A program made the position numbers and the translations under genes. The notes beneath the pieces are model-generated. The model was not told the DNA's origin, made no database searches, and worked only from the letters and a program-made list of their open reading frames with translations. 64,000 bases of DNA from Octopus sinensis (Eukaryota). This document shows positions 13,190 to 24,339 of this stretch, piece by piece. Numbering within the stretch: the first letter of the stretch is position 1; every line of letters begins with the position of its first letter. The stretch spans positions 62,001 to 126,000 of the forward strand of contig NW_021832128.1 of NCBI RefSeq assembly GCF_006345805.1. The letters are read 5' to 3'.

Positions 13190-13337
13190 GTTAGGAAGGG
13201 CATCCAGCCGTAGAAACACTGCCAAATCTAACTGGGCCTGATGAAGCCTTCCGGCTTCACAGACCCCAGTTAAACCGTCCAACCCATGCTAGCATGGAAA
13301 ACGGACGCTAAATGATGATGATGATGATGATGATGAT
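13190..13337 (+). mobile_element. RTE 3'-end-only copy
   Basis: Same tail sequence and (GAT)n as 13006-13167. Confidence 0.9.
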
Positions 13338-13542
13338 ATATTATATATAATACAAATAAGAAAATGGAGAAACAATTTAGTTTGTTCATCAAATTTTGGA
13401 TATTAGAATGTGGACTTATTTATTCATTTAACAAAATGAGAAGCTTAATAGCATACATATATACCTTATAATTCAATACATATAAGATAAGAATACAAAT
13501 TATAAAAATCATAAAATAAATTATTGAAATCATTAAAATCAC

Positions 13543-13680
13543 TCCTTACAGCTGTTTCAGCCTATGGCTAAAAGTAGTTATTTTAATTTTTATTGCCTAT
13601 AGTTGTCAATTATATTGAAGTTGTAGGCACTTAAAAATAGGGTACTTATATATATAACCATAGGCCTCATCAGAGATTAT
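13543..13680 (-). ncRNA. Type I hammerhead-like ribozyme with 90-nt loop II (family A)
   Basis: Minus strand: ATAATCT-CTGATGA-GGCCTATGG-[90 nt]-CCATAGGCT-GAAAC-AGCT-GT-A-AGG. 9-bp stem II, palindromic stem III, same flanks as 2206-2382; stem I short. Confidence 0.7.
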
Positions 13681-15664
13681 AAAGAACTCCAAAAATATTA
13701 GCACAATCAGGGTACCTAATCATGGTTTTTTTACTTTAAATAGTTGTAACTTCTTAAAGTTGTTTATTTACCAACTGACTTCAAAATTCACACGTAGCAT
13801 ACTTAGACATCAATAATCAAATATTTAAACACAATTGATGATCTTCTCATAGTTGCTGTTAGTTACTTAAGATTAATTGCCAGAAAATCCCCCAAAACTC
13901 ATATAATGCACTAAAATAAGTGTTTTGCAACTTAATTAAAATGAAGTTTTGAGGTCTGAATTTCAAGACTATTCCTATGTGTTTGGCATCAAATTAATGG
14001 GGTTTTCCTGGCATCCCTGTCATGCAACAGAAAACAGTGGTCCTCTCTACTTGAGAAAGTTATGAGGTCAGACATCATGTTTATGATAGGAGAGTAATGC
14101 TGGCTCATTTAGGCAACCTTGTGACATTCTAACCCATGCTGTATGCCTATACATGGGGAAACAGTGTTTTATTCTACTTTTACTGAAAGTACTGAACACA
14201 CACTGCAGTGTGGTATGCTATTTGCCAATATATGTTCTGGCAGATTTGAGTTTTCAGCCATCTTCATATGTTGAGGAAAACTTTTTTAGCATTTCCGGTG
14301 ACATAAATTATTACTTGACAAGGTAAAAAAATTGGTTTCTCTTTCTACATTTTTTAAGCACGAATTGTACATATGTAGTGATCTATTGTGTGAAAATTTT
14401 AGCAAGTTTGAGCAATGAGAACTTAAATTACTATATGTTTAAATATTGCTGAGGCTGAAAATGAATGTCCGCTTTCCGCTGCATCGGGGTCATATGATTG
14501 TTTTCTGATGAGGATGAACATTTGAATAGAAGTAATTTTAGCATTATTTACTGCATTTTGCATTATGTGAGCCCAAATATTATTTTAAATATGTCCATTT
14601 GAAATTGAATTATGTGTACTAAAGATACTTATTGACTATACTACGTTCATAATTTCCTTTTAAAGTGCAGATACCTACACAACACTTTCGTGATATGGAA
14701 GATGCTGAAAGGCTTGCTTGCATATTACAAGAAATTAAAAAAGGACAAAAGAGCAGCTCAAAACGAGGTAAATTATCAAAAGAAGAAATATGACAAAAGC
14801 AAAGAGCAAGATGCACAGAGAAAAGGGATGTAGAGAAAAAGGATGCCATGAAAAGGAAAGGTAGACTAACAAGGGAAGACATCAGGAATGAAGCAAAGAA
14901 AGTGAAGAAAAGGGAGCAAAATGCTCAATATTGAGCAAAGTGCAAGGATCAACAGGCTTCTCATGAGAAGATGATGATAAACAGACAAAGGTTAAGCATA
15001 GGTTAGACAAAGGTTAGGTATAGAGCAAAGCAGAGGGAAGCAAAGGAAACATGTCAGGAAAAAGATGGCCAAGTTATGAACTTATCACCAGCACAGAGAT
15101 ATCAACTCATGTCAACATAAATCTCAAAATTCATTACTGTATCTATGTTTAGACATGTGAGAATGGAACCAGTTGTTTATACTATGCACACAGATATGAA
15201 TACATAAGGCCAAACTGTTAACAGAAATTTTTGATGAAAAATATTATATCATCCAACATGTCAGCCCTAATTTCATAAAACTTCTTAATAATGGCTAACA
15301 TATATGTGTTATTAATTCCTGAAAGTTTCAACTCTTAACTCTTTTGCAAAAGTAAAATATTATAAAATATATGAAAGTGGTTTAATATCAATTCAAAGTA
15401 ATGTCTTCAAATTTGAGCATCTATTTTGATAATATGAAATATGAGATTAAATATATTATGGTTATGTACTAATGGTGAATATAAGGGGTATTTATCAGGA
15501 ATATTCACAAGGAACTTAAGAAGAAAAAAAAACAATTTCTCTTTTTCTATGATTTTTTTAATATATTAAGAATTTTTATGTAATTTAATACCAATAATTA
15601 AAATGCTAATTTATGTGCGTTTTGATCAAGAATTAAAAATTTTTTTACATTAAATGAAGGGACG

Positions 15665-17161
15665 GTGGCGATGATGCAGGAGATCCTAGAGAGAACAAGA
15701 GCGGAAGACCAGGTCAGGGGGAACTGGTACGTGCCCAGGACGAAATGCGGGACCGTCTGGTGTGATGCTAGCAGTATAGCGATAGGGGTGGTGTTGGCAA
15801 TCGAAGGCACTGCGGTGGAGGACGCGGCCTGGCTTCGGAAAGCAGATGATTTCAACCACATCAATGTCGCCGAATTAGACGCGCTGCTGAAAGGGGTGAA
15901 CTTGGCCTTGAAATGGGGGCTGCGCACAATTGAAATGCGGACGGATTCGGCCACTGTGCTTGGCTGGGTAGGATCGGTGATCACCGGTGACAGGAGAGTG
16001 CGGACGAAAGGTGCTGCGGAGATGTTAGTGAAGCACCGTCTAGGAGTTCTAGGTGAATTGATCGCCGAATTCGGACTGAAGCTGAACGTGGTCTTCGTGC
16101 CTTCGGAGAAAAACAAGGCGGACGTACTGACCAGGGTGAAAAGGGCGTGGTTGGAAGAACCGGAGGAGGCTCGGAAAGGGATAGCTGCGGCGTGTCGGTT
16201 GGATGACTCTGAACTGAAGAAACTGCACGCTATGCATCACCTGGGTGTGGACAGGACCCTGTATCTGGCAAAAAAGATTGATGCTGACGTGACCAGGAGA
16301 AGCGTCCGGAAGGTGGTCGGGAGCTGCGACAGGTGTCAGTCCATCGACCCTGCTCCGTGTGGGCATGAACAGGGAAGCCTTTCCGTGGAGCAGAACTGGA
16401 AAAGGCTAGCTGTGGATGTGACACACTACCGTCAGCGAATGTACCTCTCCATGGTCGACTGTGGGCCGGGCCGGCTGGCCATTTGGAGGGAGTTGAGATC
16501 GGGCATTGCTGACGAGATCGTGCAGATCCTGAACGGGATATTTTTAGAGAGAGGTCCCGTGGAAGAACTACTGATGGACAACGGGGCGGCGTTTTGTTCG
16601 GAAGCATTGAGGGTTATGCTTGATCGGTGGAACGTGCGACGCTTGTTCAGAGCAGCGTATAGGCTGGGCGGTAACGGGATCGTGGAGAGGCACCATCGGA
16701 CAGTCAAGGCCATAGCGGAAAAAGGGCACATTTCGCCGCTTGAAGCAGTTTTTTGGTACAACTTGTCTCCCCGATCCGGACAGGCTGAGGAATCTGTGCC
16801 GCAGAGAGCTGTGATCAAATATGAATGGAGGCACCTGAGCAAAGCGCCGGAGGGTCACGAGGAAGAGAAGGGACCCGTTCGCGTGAAAATAGGGGAGGAA
16901 GTCTGGGTCAAGCCACCAAAGGCGCGCTGTACGTCTCAATGGAGCAGAGGAACGGTGACGGCAATCAATTCCAGAAGCAACGTATCTGTAGATGGCACAC
17001 CACGACATGTCTTGGACCTTCGCAGGATTGTTGCTTCGACGGACGATGATTCGGGAGAGGGGGAGAGTGAGGAGCCCAGCTTGAGAAGATCTCGACGAGC
17101 AAGGCATTCTCCCGGTTGGATGGTAGACTACAACATGGAGCGGAGAGATCGTGATCTTTAA
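15665..17161 (+). CDS. Gypsy-type LTR retrotransposon pol 3' part: RNase H plus integrase (stop-free, 498 aa)
   Basis: RNase H WCDAS..INVAELDA..RTDSATV..NKADVLT; HHCC (HAMHH..CDRC); DDE core LAVD / LMDNG / IVERHH; C-terminal RRSRR..PGW motif. Confidence 0.9.
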   Translation: MAMMQEILERTRAEDQVRGNWYVPRTKCGTVWCDASSIAIGVVLAIEGTAVEDAAWLRKADDFNHINVAELDALLKGVNLALKWGLRTIEMRTDSATVLGWVGSVITGDRRVRTKGAAEMLVKHRLGVLGELIAEFGLKLNVVFVPSEKNKADVLTRVKRAWLEEPEEARKGIAAACRLDDSELKKLHAMHHLGVDRTLYLAKKIDADVTRRSVRKVVGSCDRCQSIDPAPCGHEQGSLSVEQNWKRLAVDVTHYRQRMYLSMVDCGPGRLAIWRELRSGIADEIVQILNGIFLERGPVEELLMDNGAAFCSEALRVMLDRWNVRRLFRAAYRLGGNGIVERHHRTVKAIAEKGHISPLEAVFWYNLSPRSGQAEESVPQRAVIKYEWRHLSKAPEGHEEEKGPVRVKIGEEVWVKPPKARCTSQWSRGTVTAINSRSNVSVDGTPRHVLDLRRIVASTDDDSGEGESEEPSLRRSRRARHSPGWMVDYNMERRDRDL

Positions 17162-17174
17162 GATCAGGGTGGCG

Positions 17175-17469
17175 TGTGGGATGACGTCAGCAGCCGGACG
17201 TCAGCCAGCGGGGTGCGTTGACCAGAAGCTGGGGCAAGCGGAAGGGGTCAGCCGTAAAGCGCGCGCAGGGGGCGGAAGTTGACCTTTCCAACGTGGGTCG
17301 TGCTGGTGACAAGACGTGCGAGGAAGTCGCTAAATGGTTTGGGGCTAGCAGCTGCTATTGTTAGTGTTCGGGTAGGGCTGTGAGGAAGGACCAGCCATCT
17401 CTGGAGGATCTCCGTCACCACGAAGAGAAGGTAGGTGCATCTATATTCAAATCGCACACACTCACTACA
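17175..17469 (+). mobile_element. 3' LTR of the GC-rich Gypsy element (295 bp)
   Basis: Starts TGTGG 13 bp after the pol stop and a purine-rich tract; ends CTACA where composition switches abruptly to AT-rich. Confidence 0.7.
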
Positions 17470-17483
17470 TGAACCACGCCAGG

Positions 17484-19071
17484 GGTTTAATAAATTATCA
17501 TCAAATTTACATTCCCAATATACATAGTGTAAGGGTCCCATTAAATGATCACTTAAAGAAAAATGCAAAATGGTGCTGGACTGATAAATGCCAGAATGCA
17601 TTTGATAAGCTAAAAGACATTTTAACATTGGACTTAACGTTAACACATTTTGATCCAAAGTTGGATATTATATTGGCTACAGATGCAAGTGATTACAGTG
17701 TAAGAGGCACATGCTTCTGCACAAATATGATGATGGGAGTAAAAAGGTTATAACCCATGCATCACAATCGTTATTACCAGCTGAAATGAACTATAGCCAA
17801 ATAAAAAAGGAAGTGTGAGCAATCATATTCAGTGTCAAAAAATTCCATAGATTTATTCATGGAAGAAGTTTCCATCTACAAATGGATCATCACCCACTAC
17901 TGTCGATATACTGTTCTAAAAAAAGGAATACCAACACACAGTGAATAGACTACAGTGATGGAGCTCTACATTATTGAATTATGACTACAAAATGAAATAT
18001 TTACCATAAAAAAAACCTAGGGCATACAGATGGTTTGTCTAGACTATTCAAAGATATGATAATCACAGCTTTAAAATCAGAAGGAGAAATTTTTAAAAAA
18101 TGTAATATGGAATGTGGTACACAAATTTTTGGTAACCCTAGAAGACATAAAAAGAAAATGTTGAGGCAATTTCCTGTTGGACATCCTGGTATTTCAAGGA
18201 TGAAAGTTTTAATGTGTAGCTACATGTACTGGCCAAAAATGGATGGAGAAATCGAAAATTTAGTGAAAGACTGCAGAGGATATGCTCTAACAGCAAAATT
18301 ACTGATGATAAAAAGTGAACCTTGGCCAAAAGTAGATGTTCTGTGGCCAATACTACACATTGATTTCGCTGGTCCTTTAAATGGTTCATACTACTTAGTG
18401 GTAATGGATAATTTCTCTAAATGGCCAGAAATTTGTAATGAACAAGCAGAATGCTTCGTTGATACATTCAAGACAGTCCTAAAAAAGTCAAATAAGGCAG
18501 TCACAGATGAGGTAGCTCTACAATAATACTTAAAAGTATACCATGTGACACCAAATCCAAATACACCAGTAGGTATGTCACCAGCAAAGCTGATGCTTGC
18601 AAGGAAAATAAAATCAGTCTTTGACAAATTGCAACTTGCCAAGAAAAGAAAAATTGAAACAAATAATATAGCAAAATATTTCAAAATTGGTGAAAAGGTA
18701 TTTGTTAGGGCATGTAAGAATGGAAAACAAAGTTGGGAACAGGGCATGGTAACCAAACACATAGGAAAAATGCTGTACTTCGTAAAAGCAAGGAAAGGGG
18801 CATACAAGAGACACATGAACCAACTAAAAAGAAATTTATTGAGGGCAAACCAATGGAAGAACCAATGGAATGGTTATGTGATACTTTTCAAGTACCAACA
18901 CCACTACAAATAATTGAGTTCCTGGAAGTAGAGGCAAAATAAAAACAATATTAAATGTGTAAATGTATGAAAAAACTCAAGAGAGGGAGGTGGAGGTGAT
19001 ATAAAGATTATTGCTATTAAAAGAATTAAAATTACACTCCCAAAGAAAAAAAGAAAGCTTAAAAGGGGAGA
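17484..19071 (+). mobile_element. Decayed Gypsy (K02A2.6/Mag-like) pol: connection, RNase H, integrase; PPT
   Basis: GLINY...IPN..RVPLND.LKKNAKW, THFDPKLDIILATDASDY, GHPGISRMK.LM.SY.YWP, LHIDFAGP, VFVR..KNGK.SW; PPT AAAAGGGGAGA at 19061-19071. Confidence 0.9.
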
Positions 19072-19267
19072 TGTTGCGGGGATAATAGTAGTAATGGTAC
19101 ACCCCACCCATGTGACAAGTGGTATGTGTTAGTCATTATAAATACTGTCAGTCAATGCCAGGAAAGAGTACAAAGTAGATGGTCATAGATAGTCATGGTC
19201 TTACTTGTCTTACTTACTACACTACTATACCAAGATGGGTGTGATAACAGTTTGACAGAGGATTACA

Positions 19268-19270
<3 letters not shown>
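19072..19270 (+). mobile_element. Probable 3' LTR of the K02A2.6-like element
   Basis: TGTTG directly after the PPT; ends CAGCA before (TA)n. The right boundary is uncertain. Confidence 0.55.
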
Positions 19271-19302
<32 letters not shown>

Positions 19303-19305
<3 letters not shown>

Positions 19306-21500
19306 GAAATTTATAGAAAAATAAAAAATGAAGACAGATGTATGAACAACAAGCAGGTGTATTAGTTTGGCATTCGGGAAAATGAAAAAGTCTTTTACAT
19401 TTTGATCCTATCCTCTTCAACAGAAAGGAATATGAGAAAATAAACAGAGAGAATCAAAAAAGACTTGTAGATTTAGCAATCAAGCATGGCGAATGATTAC
19501 AAAACAATTTTGAAAGAAGAGGTTGAAAGAAAGGGAGATAATAAAGTGCTAGTGATCCCAAATGAAGGTGCGCATGCGCGTGTGTATGTGAGAATGGTGT
19601 GTGCATGTGTGTGAATAGGGGCTGGTGACTCAGATGTGTGTGTGTGTCTGTAAGTGTGTGGGAGTATATATTGTATGTACTTGTATGGGTGTGGGAGTGT
19701 ACATGATGGCATGTGGTGTGTGTACTGAGCTACAGAGTGTGTAGCTGCTCATATACTGGTATGTGTGGTGACACTATTGAAGATTGTGTGGATGGTGTGT
19801 GGGTGCTGGGAAGTGATCAGTGCTAGTGTATGTGGAGTGATATGGGTGGGATGATGGTGTGGGTGAGTGTGGGGTGAGAGTGGTGGTGGGTGGGATGAGG
19901 AGGTATCAATGAAGAGAGGAGGTAGGAGTGAAGAGAGGCAGTAGGTGTCAGATGAAGAGAGAAGGGGTGTTGAGCCTATGTGGCAAAAAGGAGCAAAGAG
20001 AGAAGATTAATTCCTGTTCACGGTGAAGGTGGGAGTCCAGATGGCCCTGTGCAAAAATAGTCTGAACACAGACAGATGTTGTAGTGAATGACCAGAAGAG
20101 CACAAATGGCATGAGACCAGGGTGTCATTGCCAAGTCTGATGTCTCAGAGATGATCCGTGAACCGGTCAGCCAAGCAGCATCCCATTTGACTGATGTACA
20201 GGGAAGAGCAGAAAGAGCAGGCGATGCAGTAAATTACATTACTAGAAGTGCAGGTAAAGGAGTCAGTGATGTGATAGAGACAATGATTGGTGCCTGTGGG
20301 GATGGTGGTGTTGGAGAGGTAGGATCAGGTGTGACAGCATGGGCAGGAGCAAGGGAACAAGCCAGGCTGGGAAGTGAGGTTAGGGAAAGAAACTGTGGAC
20401 CAGGTCACACAGGTTATGGTCTCGTTTGAAGGAGGGGAGGGGTAAGTTGGGGCAAATGTGCGAGGTGGAGGGGTTGGGCTGGAGTCATCAGAAGGCTCAG
20501 AGAATGGTGCATTTGAGGGTCAGGCTGGAGGGATGGTAGGTGAGGGGAAACAGGAGACGGGCAACAGCTGGATGGGTGCAGGGAGAAAGAGCAGAGGTAC
20601 TGTCCTTGGAACATGCCCTGGCAACGGCAGTGTGGATAGTGGTGAGGGGATATCCACATAGGATGAAGTAGCAAGCCATCAATTGAAGTGATCAGTGCTA
20701 GTGTATGTGAAGTGATGTGGGGTGGTGTCATGACTAAGTCATGGTTGTCACTGTAGAGCTTGAGCAAATGGAGGAATTGGGAGTAGGAGATGGAGAGCTT
20801 GGTGTGGATAGGGTGAGAGGAGGAAAAGTTGAGGTTGGAGTGTGAGTCAGTGCGTTTATAGTGGATGGAGGTAGTGACAGCGGAGTGGTGTATACTGACA
20901 GAAATGTCAAGAAATTCAATGGAAGAGTTAGAAATAGTGCAGGAGAATTTGAGGTCAGGATGGAAGGATTAGACAAAAGAGAAGAAGGAGTCTAGTGTTC
21001 ACGGCAGAGTGAGGTCACACCAATACAGTCATCGATATAACAACCATATAGTTCGGGAGTGGGACCAGTGAATTGTGAGAATATTTGGTTCTCAATGTAG
21101 CCAACATAGTTGGGGCCCATTCTTGTTCCCATGGCCACTACTGAGAACAGTTGATAAAAATGCCCCAGGAACGAGAAGCAGTTGAGAGAGAAAACAAGTT
21201 CAAACAGACGAAGAAGTGTGGAAGTGTCAGCTTGGTGGGGCCAGGTCAAAGGTCCAGAAAGTGTTTCAGTGCAAGAAGTCCTTTATTATGTGGAATTACC
21301 ATATATAAACTCTTCATATCAAGAGTGAAGAGAAGTTTAGAGGGACAAGAAGAGAAGGAGAAAGAGTTAAAGAGATGGAGAGCATGGTTAGTGTTGTGGA
21401 TGTGAGAGGGGGAATATATATATATAGGTGAGAAAGTTGGTGTGTGAAAGCACGTGGTTGGATGTATAAAAAATAGAAAAGAGTGAAAAACCACAGAAGG
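19303..21500 (-). mobile_element. Penelope-like element (RT plus GIY-YIG), CpG-decayed
   Basis: LFTLDMKSLY.VIPH..GL.ALKHFLD, VAMGTRMGP.Y, YIDD, GYP, GIY-YIG NVIYCIACSFCSSLYI; pyrimidine-rich sense strand. Confidence 0.9.
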
Positions 21501-21599
21501 CTTGTATTATAAGATTAAAGAATATATTTAAGTCGTTATGTTAGAAAAATGCTATAAGATTTTGTGTATAGTAACATAGTTTTTGGAGAAATAACCGGT

Positions 21600-21950
21600 T
21601 TTGTGTAAACTTTTCCAATTTCTCAAATTTCTTTACCTACATCGTGTCATGTCTTCATTATGAAGTGTAAAGCAGAATTCCAGGCAGGGGGAGGTAATCA
21701 GAGATTTCTTTCGGTATAAGGGAGATAATCGCTTTATTATTATTTTTTTTTTCCAATGAGATGAGTTTCTCTGTATAAGAATGTTAGGATGGTTAAGTTC
21801 AGGCTTATATTTTTCAATGAAGAATGTTTCCTTGTTTAATCTAATTTGTGTTGCCGTTCCAATAGCACATTGATAGAATGGAAAGATTAAAAATTGTGGT
21901 AGTAGGTGCTTTGCGCATTTCTCAATATGCTCGCTAAAGGGTATCATTCT
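21600..21950 (-). mobile_element. PLE GIY-YIG C-terminal fragment
   Basis: EHIEKC..IFPFYQ..IRLNKETFFIEKYKPELN resembles the C-terminus of the 24718-25025 endonuclease. Confidence 0.65.
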
Positions 21951-22029
21951 GTATTCTGGGAATGCAATCTGTTGTCAATGCAGAGTGCATCTGCATCTGA
22001 GTGATAATCCCAGGAGGAGGAGGAAGAAG

Positions 22030-22310
22030 AAGAAGAAGAAGAAGAAGAAGAATCGAAAAATGACAACCCAGGAAGAGAGAAGAAGAAGAAGAATCGAAAA
22101 ATGACAACCCAGGAAGAGAGTGGGGAGACAGAGACAGACAGAAGTAGAGAGGGGGGAAAGGAGGAGGAGGATCGAAAAATGACAACTCAGGTTGGAAATT
22201 CCCCCAAGACACCTGATAAAATCTGGAGGGTATATCAGCCGAAACATTGTGTTAACAACAAACAAGATGTGGACAAATATCCATCAAATGTAAATAATGT
22301 ATTCTATCTC
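22030..22310 (+). repeat. Short PLE-terminal-type repeat (family B) with tandem head units and a decayed hammerhead at 22208-22253
   Basis: AATCGAAAAATGACAACCCAGG x3; GACAC-CTGATAA-AATCTG..CAGCC-GAAACATT-GTGTT; homologous to 40560-40720. Confidence 0.7.
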
Positions 22311-22315
22311 TACTT

Positions 22316-22501
22316 CATCATCATCATCATCATCGTTTAACGTCCGTTCTCCATGCTAGCATGGGTTGGACGGTTCGACCGGGAATCTGGGAAGCCAAAA
22401 GGCTGCACCAGGTTCCGGTCTTATCTGGCAAAGTTTCTACAGCTGGATGCCCTTCCTAACGCCAACCACTCTGTGAGTGTAGTGGGTGCTTTTTACGTGC
22501 C
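22316..22501 (-). mobile_element. RTE 3'-end-only copy
   Basis: (CAT)n followed by the reverse complement of the RTE tail. Confidence 0.9.
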
Positions 22502-22570
22502 CATATTATGGGGAGCTATCTGGACATAGAAATTAAAACAGATGGACACATTAGTTTAATTTTACCTGAA

Positions 22571-22998
22571 ACCTTAGTAGCTTCTAAGCTGAAGTGAAGA
22601 CAGCATGTTCTTTATCTATCTCCTTACCTTCTTGGAGGTTTTAGGTAAAATTATACTAATGTATCCACCTGTTTTAATTTAATTAAATTCTATGTTTTTA
22701 TGCAGCTGAGTATTGCTCTGCATTTAAACTGATGTAATGATTGCATTGTTCAATTAAATGGAGTTGCTTGAAATGATCATACTGCATTACCTCTGGATAT
22801 CTTTGTTGCTTATTTTGATTTTAATCACCTTATTTTAAAATTGTATGGATAATACCATATTAAATTCTGGTGTCTCAGCATAAGAACCTAATTCATCTGA
22901 ATCTATATATATATATCAGGTCATTCCATAGGTTCTGTCCGATTTTGCTTTTTTTAAAACTAAATGAAATTTAATAGTATTTTAGAATGTCTAATGGA
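22571..22998 (+). repeat. 428-bp segment duplicated exactly at 31811-32238
   Basis: Line-by-line identity at offset 9240, including equal (TA)n and T-run lengths. Confidence 0.95.
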
Positions 22999-24192
22999 AT
23001 TAAAAATTATTTTTATGCATTTGTGTACATTTGAACTAATTAAATATCATTTTACAGAATAATAGAATTAAAATTTCTCTGATTAAAACCCTTTCTAACA
23101 TGGAAGTATCCAAAGAGCATTTGAGGCACATAATGCTTTATGAGTACAAAAAAGGAAACTCTGCAGCCGAAGCAACTTGAAACATACTCAGTTTATGGGA
23201 AAGAATGCTTGAATGAAAGAACTTGCAGAAGATGGTTGACAAAATTCAGAAGTGGAGATTTCAGCCTTGAAGATGAAGATCGAACAGGACGTCCAGTTGA
23301 GTTTGATGATAAGCTCCTTGAGGCATTACTTGAAGAAAATCCTGCATTATCAGTTGAAGAATCGGCAATAAAGTTTACTTCAAACCATACAACTGTTCAT
23401 CATCATCTTCAACAACTTGGAAAGGTTCCAAAATTTAGAAAATAGGTGCCTCATGAATTGTCTGAAAGCAACCGCAAATCCCAAGTTGACATCTGCTCTT
23501 CTCTCCATTCTTGTGAACTCATTTCACCCTTTTTGGATAGACTTGTGACTGGTGACAAAAAAAGGATCTTCTATTGAAATGTCAAGCGTTGTAAACAGTG
23601 GTTTGGTAAAAGGAAAAAAGTTCAACAACAACTGAGAAGGGAACTTCATGGGAAAAAGGTTCTTCTCTCTATCTGGTGGGTTTGCAATTAGAGTAATTCA
23701 CTTTGAATTGTTACCACCTAATGCAACAATCAATGCTCAAGTCTACTGTCAGCAATTAGAGCGTTTGAACCAAGCTTTGAAGAAAAAAAAGACCGCTTTA
23801 GTGAATCGAAAAGGAGTGGTGTTTCATCAGGACAATGTGTGACCCCACAATGCAAAGATCACATCACAGAAGATCGAAGAGCTTGGTTGGGAAAAAATTC
23901 CTCATCCACTTTATTCTCCCAACCATACTCCTTCAGACTACCATTTGTTTCATAGTTTACAAAATCATTTGGGGAACATAACTTTTGCAAGCCAGGAGGA
24001 GGTCAAAATTGACATTTGAGAGTTCTTCACTTTGAAACCAAAAGAGTTTTACATTGATGGGATTAAAAAACTTGTGAATAGATGGAAGGATGTCATAGAT
24101 AATCAGTTGATGATTAAATTTCAATTTAATATAACATTTGATCACTTGTTCTCTTTATTCAAAATTCGGACAGAACTTATGAGATGACCTGA
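22916..24192 (+). mobile_element. Full-length mariner (DD34D) DNA transposon, 1277 bp, disrupted transposase
   Basis: ~32-bp TIRs TCAGGTCATTCCATAGGTTCTGTCCG / CGGACAGAACTTATGAGATGACCTGA; TA on both sides; ATG at 23100; VPHEL, VTGD, FHQDN, HPLYSP..PSDYHLF motifs. Confidence 0.95.
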
Positions 24193-24257
24193 TATATATA
24201 TATATATGAATAAATAAAAGAATGGAGTCGAACAAAGATGTTAGTAAAATTCCTTTA

Positions 24258-24339
24258 CTCTCGACATATGTTTCGAAGACAACATGGTTTCATTCCAAAG
24301 GAATAAAGGGTGCAAGATGCAATCTTATCATCAGGAAAG
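24258..24339 (-). ncRNA. Type I hammerhead-like ribozyme (family C)
   Basis: Minus strand: CTTTC-CTGATGA-TAAGAT..GTCTTC-GAAAC-ATAT-GT-C-GAGAG. Palindromic stem III ACATATGT, GUC site, 5-bp stem I; first stem II pair is a U.C mismatch. Confidence 0.65.

Noticed and set aside
13232-13260. CTGATGAAGCC..GGCTT hammerhead-like start
   Set aside because: No GAAA follows; it is a mutated part of the RTE tail (CTGGTGCAGCC in other copies)
19072-19422. 351-bp LTR with perfect TGTTG...CAACA ends
   Set aside because: The CAACA at 19418-19422 lies within the minus-strand PLE terminus beyond a (TA)n run; probably coincidental
19480-21500. Extreme strand skew (G-poor sense strand) suggesting APOBEC- or ADAR-type hypermutation of the PLE
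   Set aside because: The diagnostic changes checked (R>C, ATC GGT>ATC AGT, ACG>ATG) are all in CpG context, so this is ordinary methylation decay of an intrinsically C-rich element
21580-21665. Possible hammerhead relic (AACCGGTT palindrome) after the GIY-YIG fragment
   Set aside because: Both core halves are mutated and there is no stem I; too decayed to call
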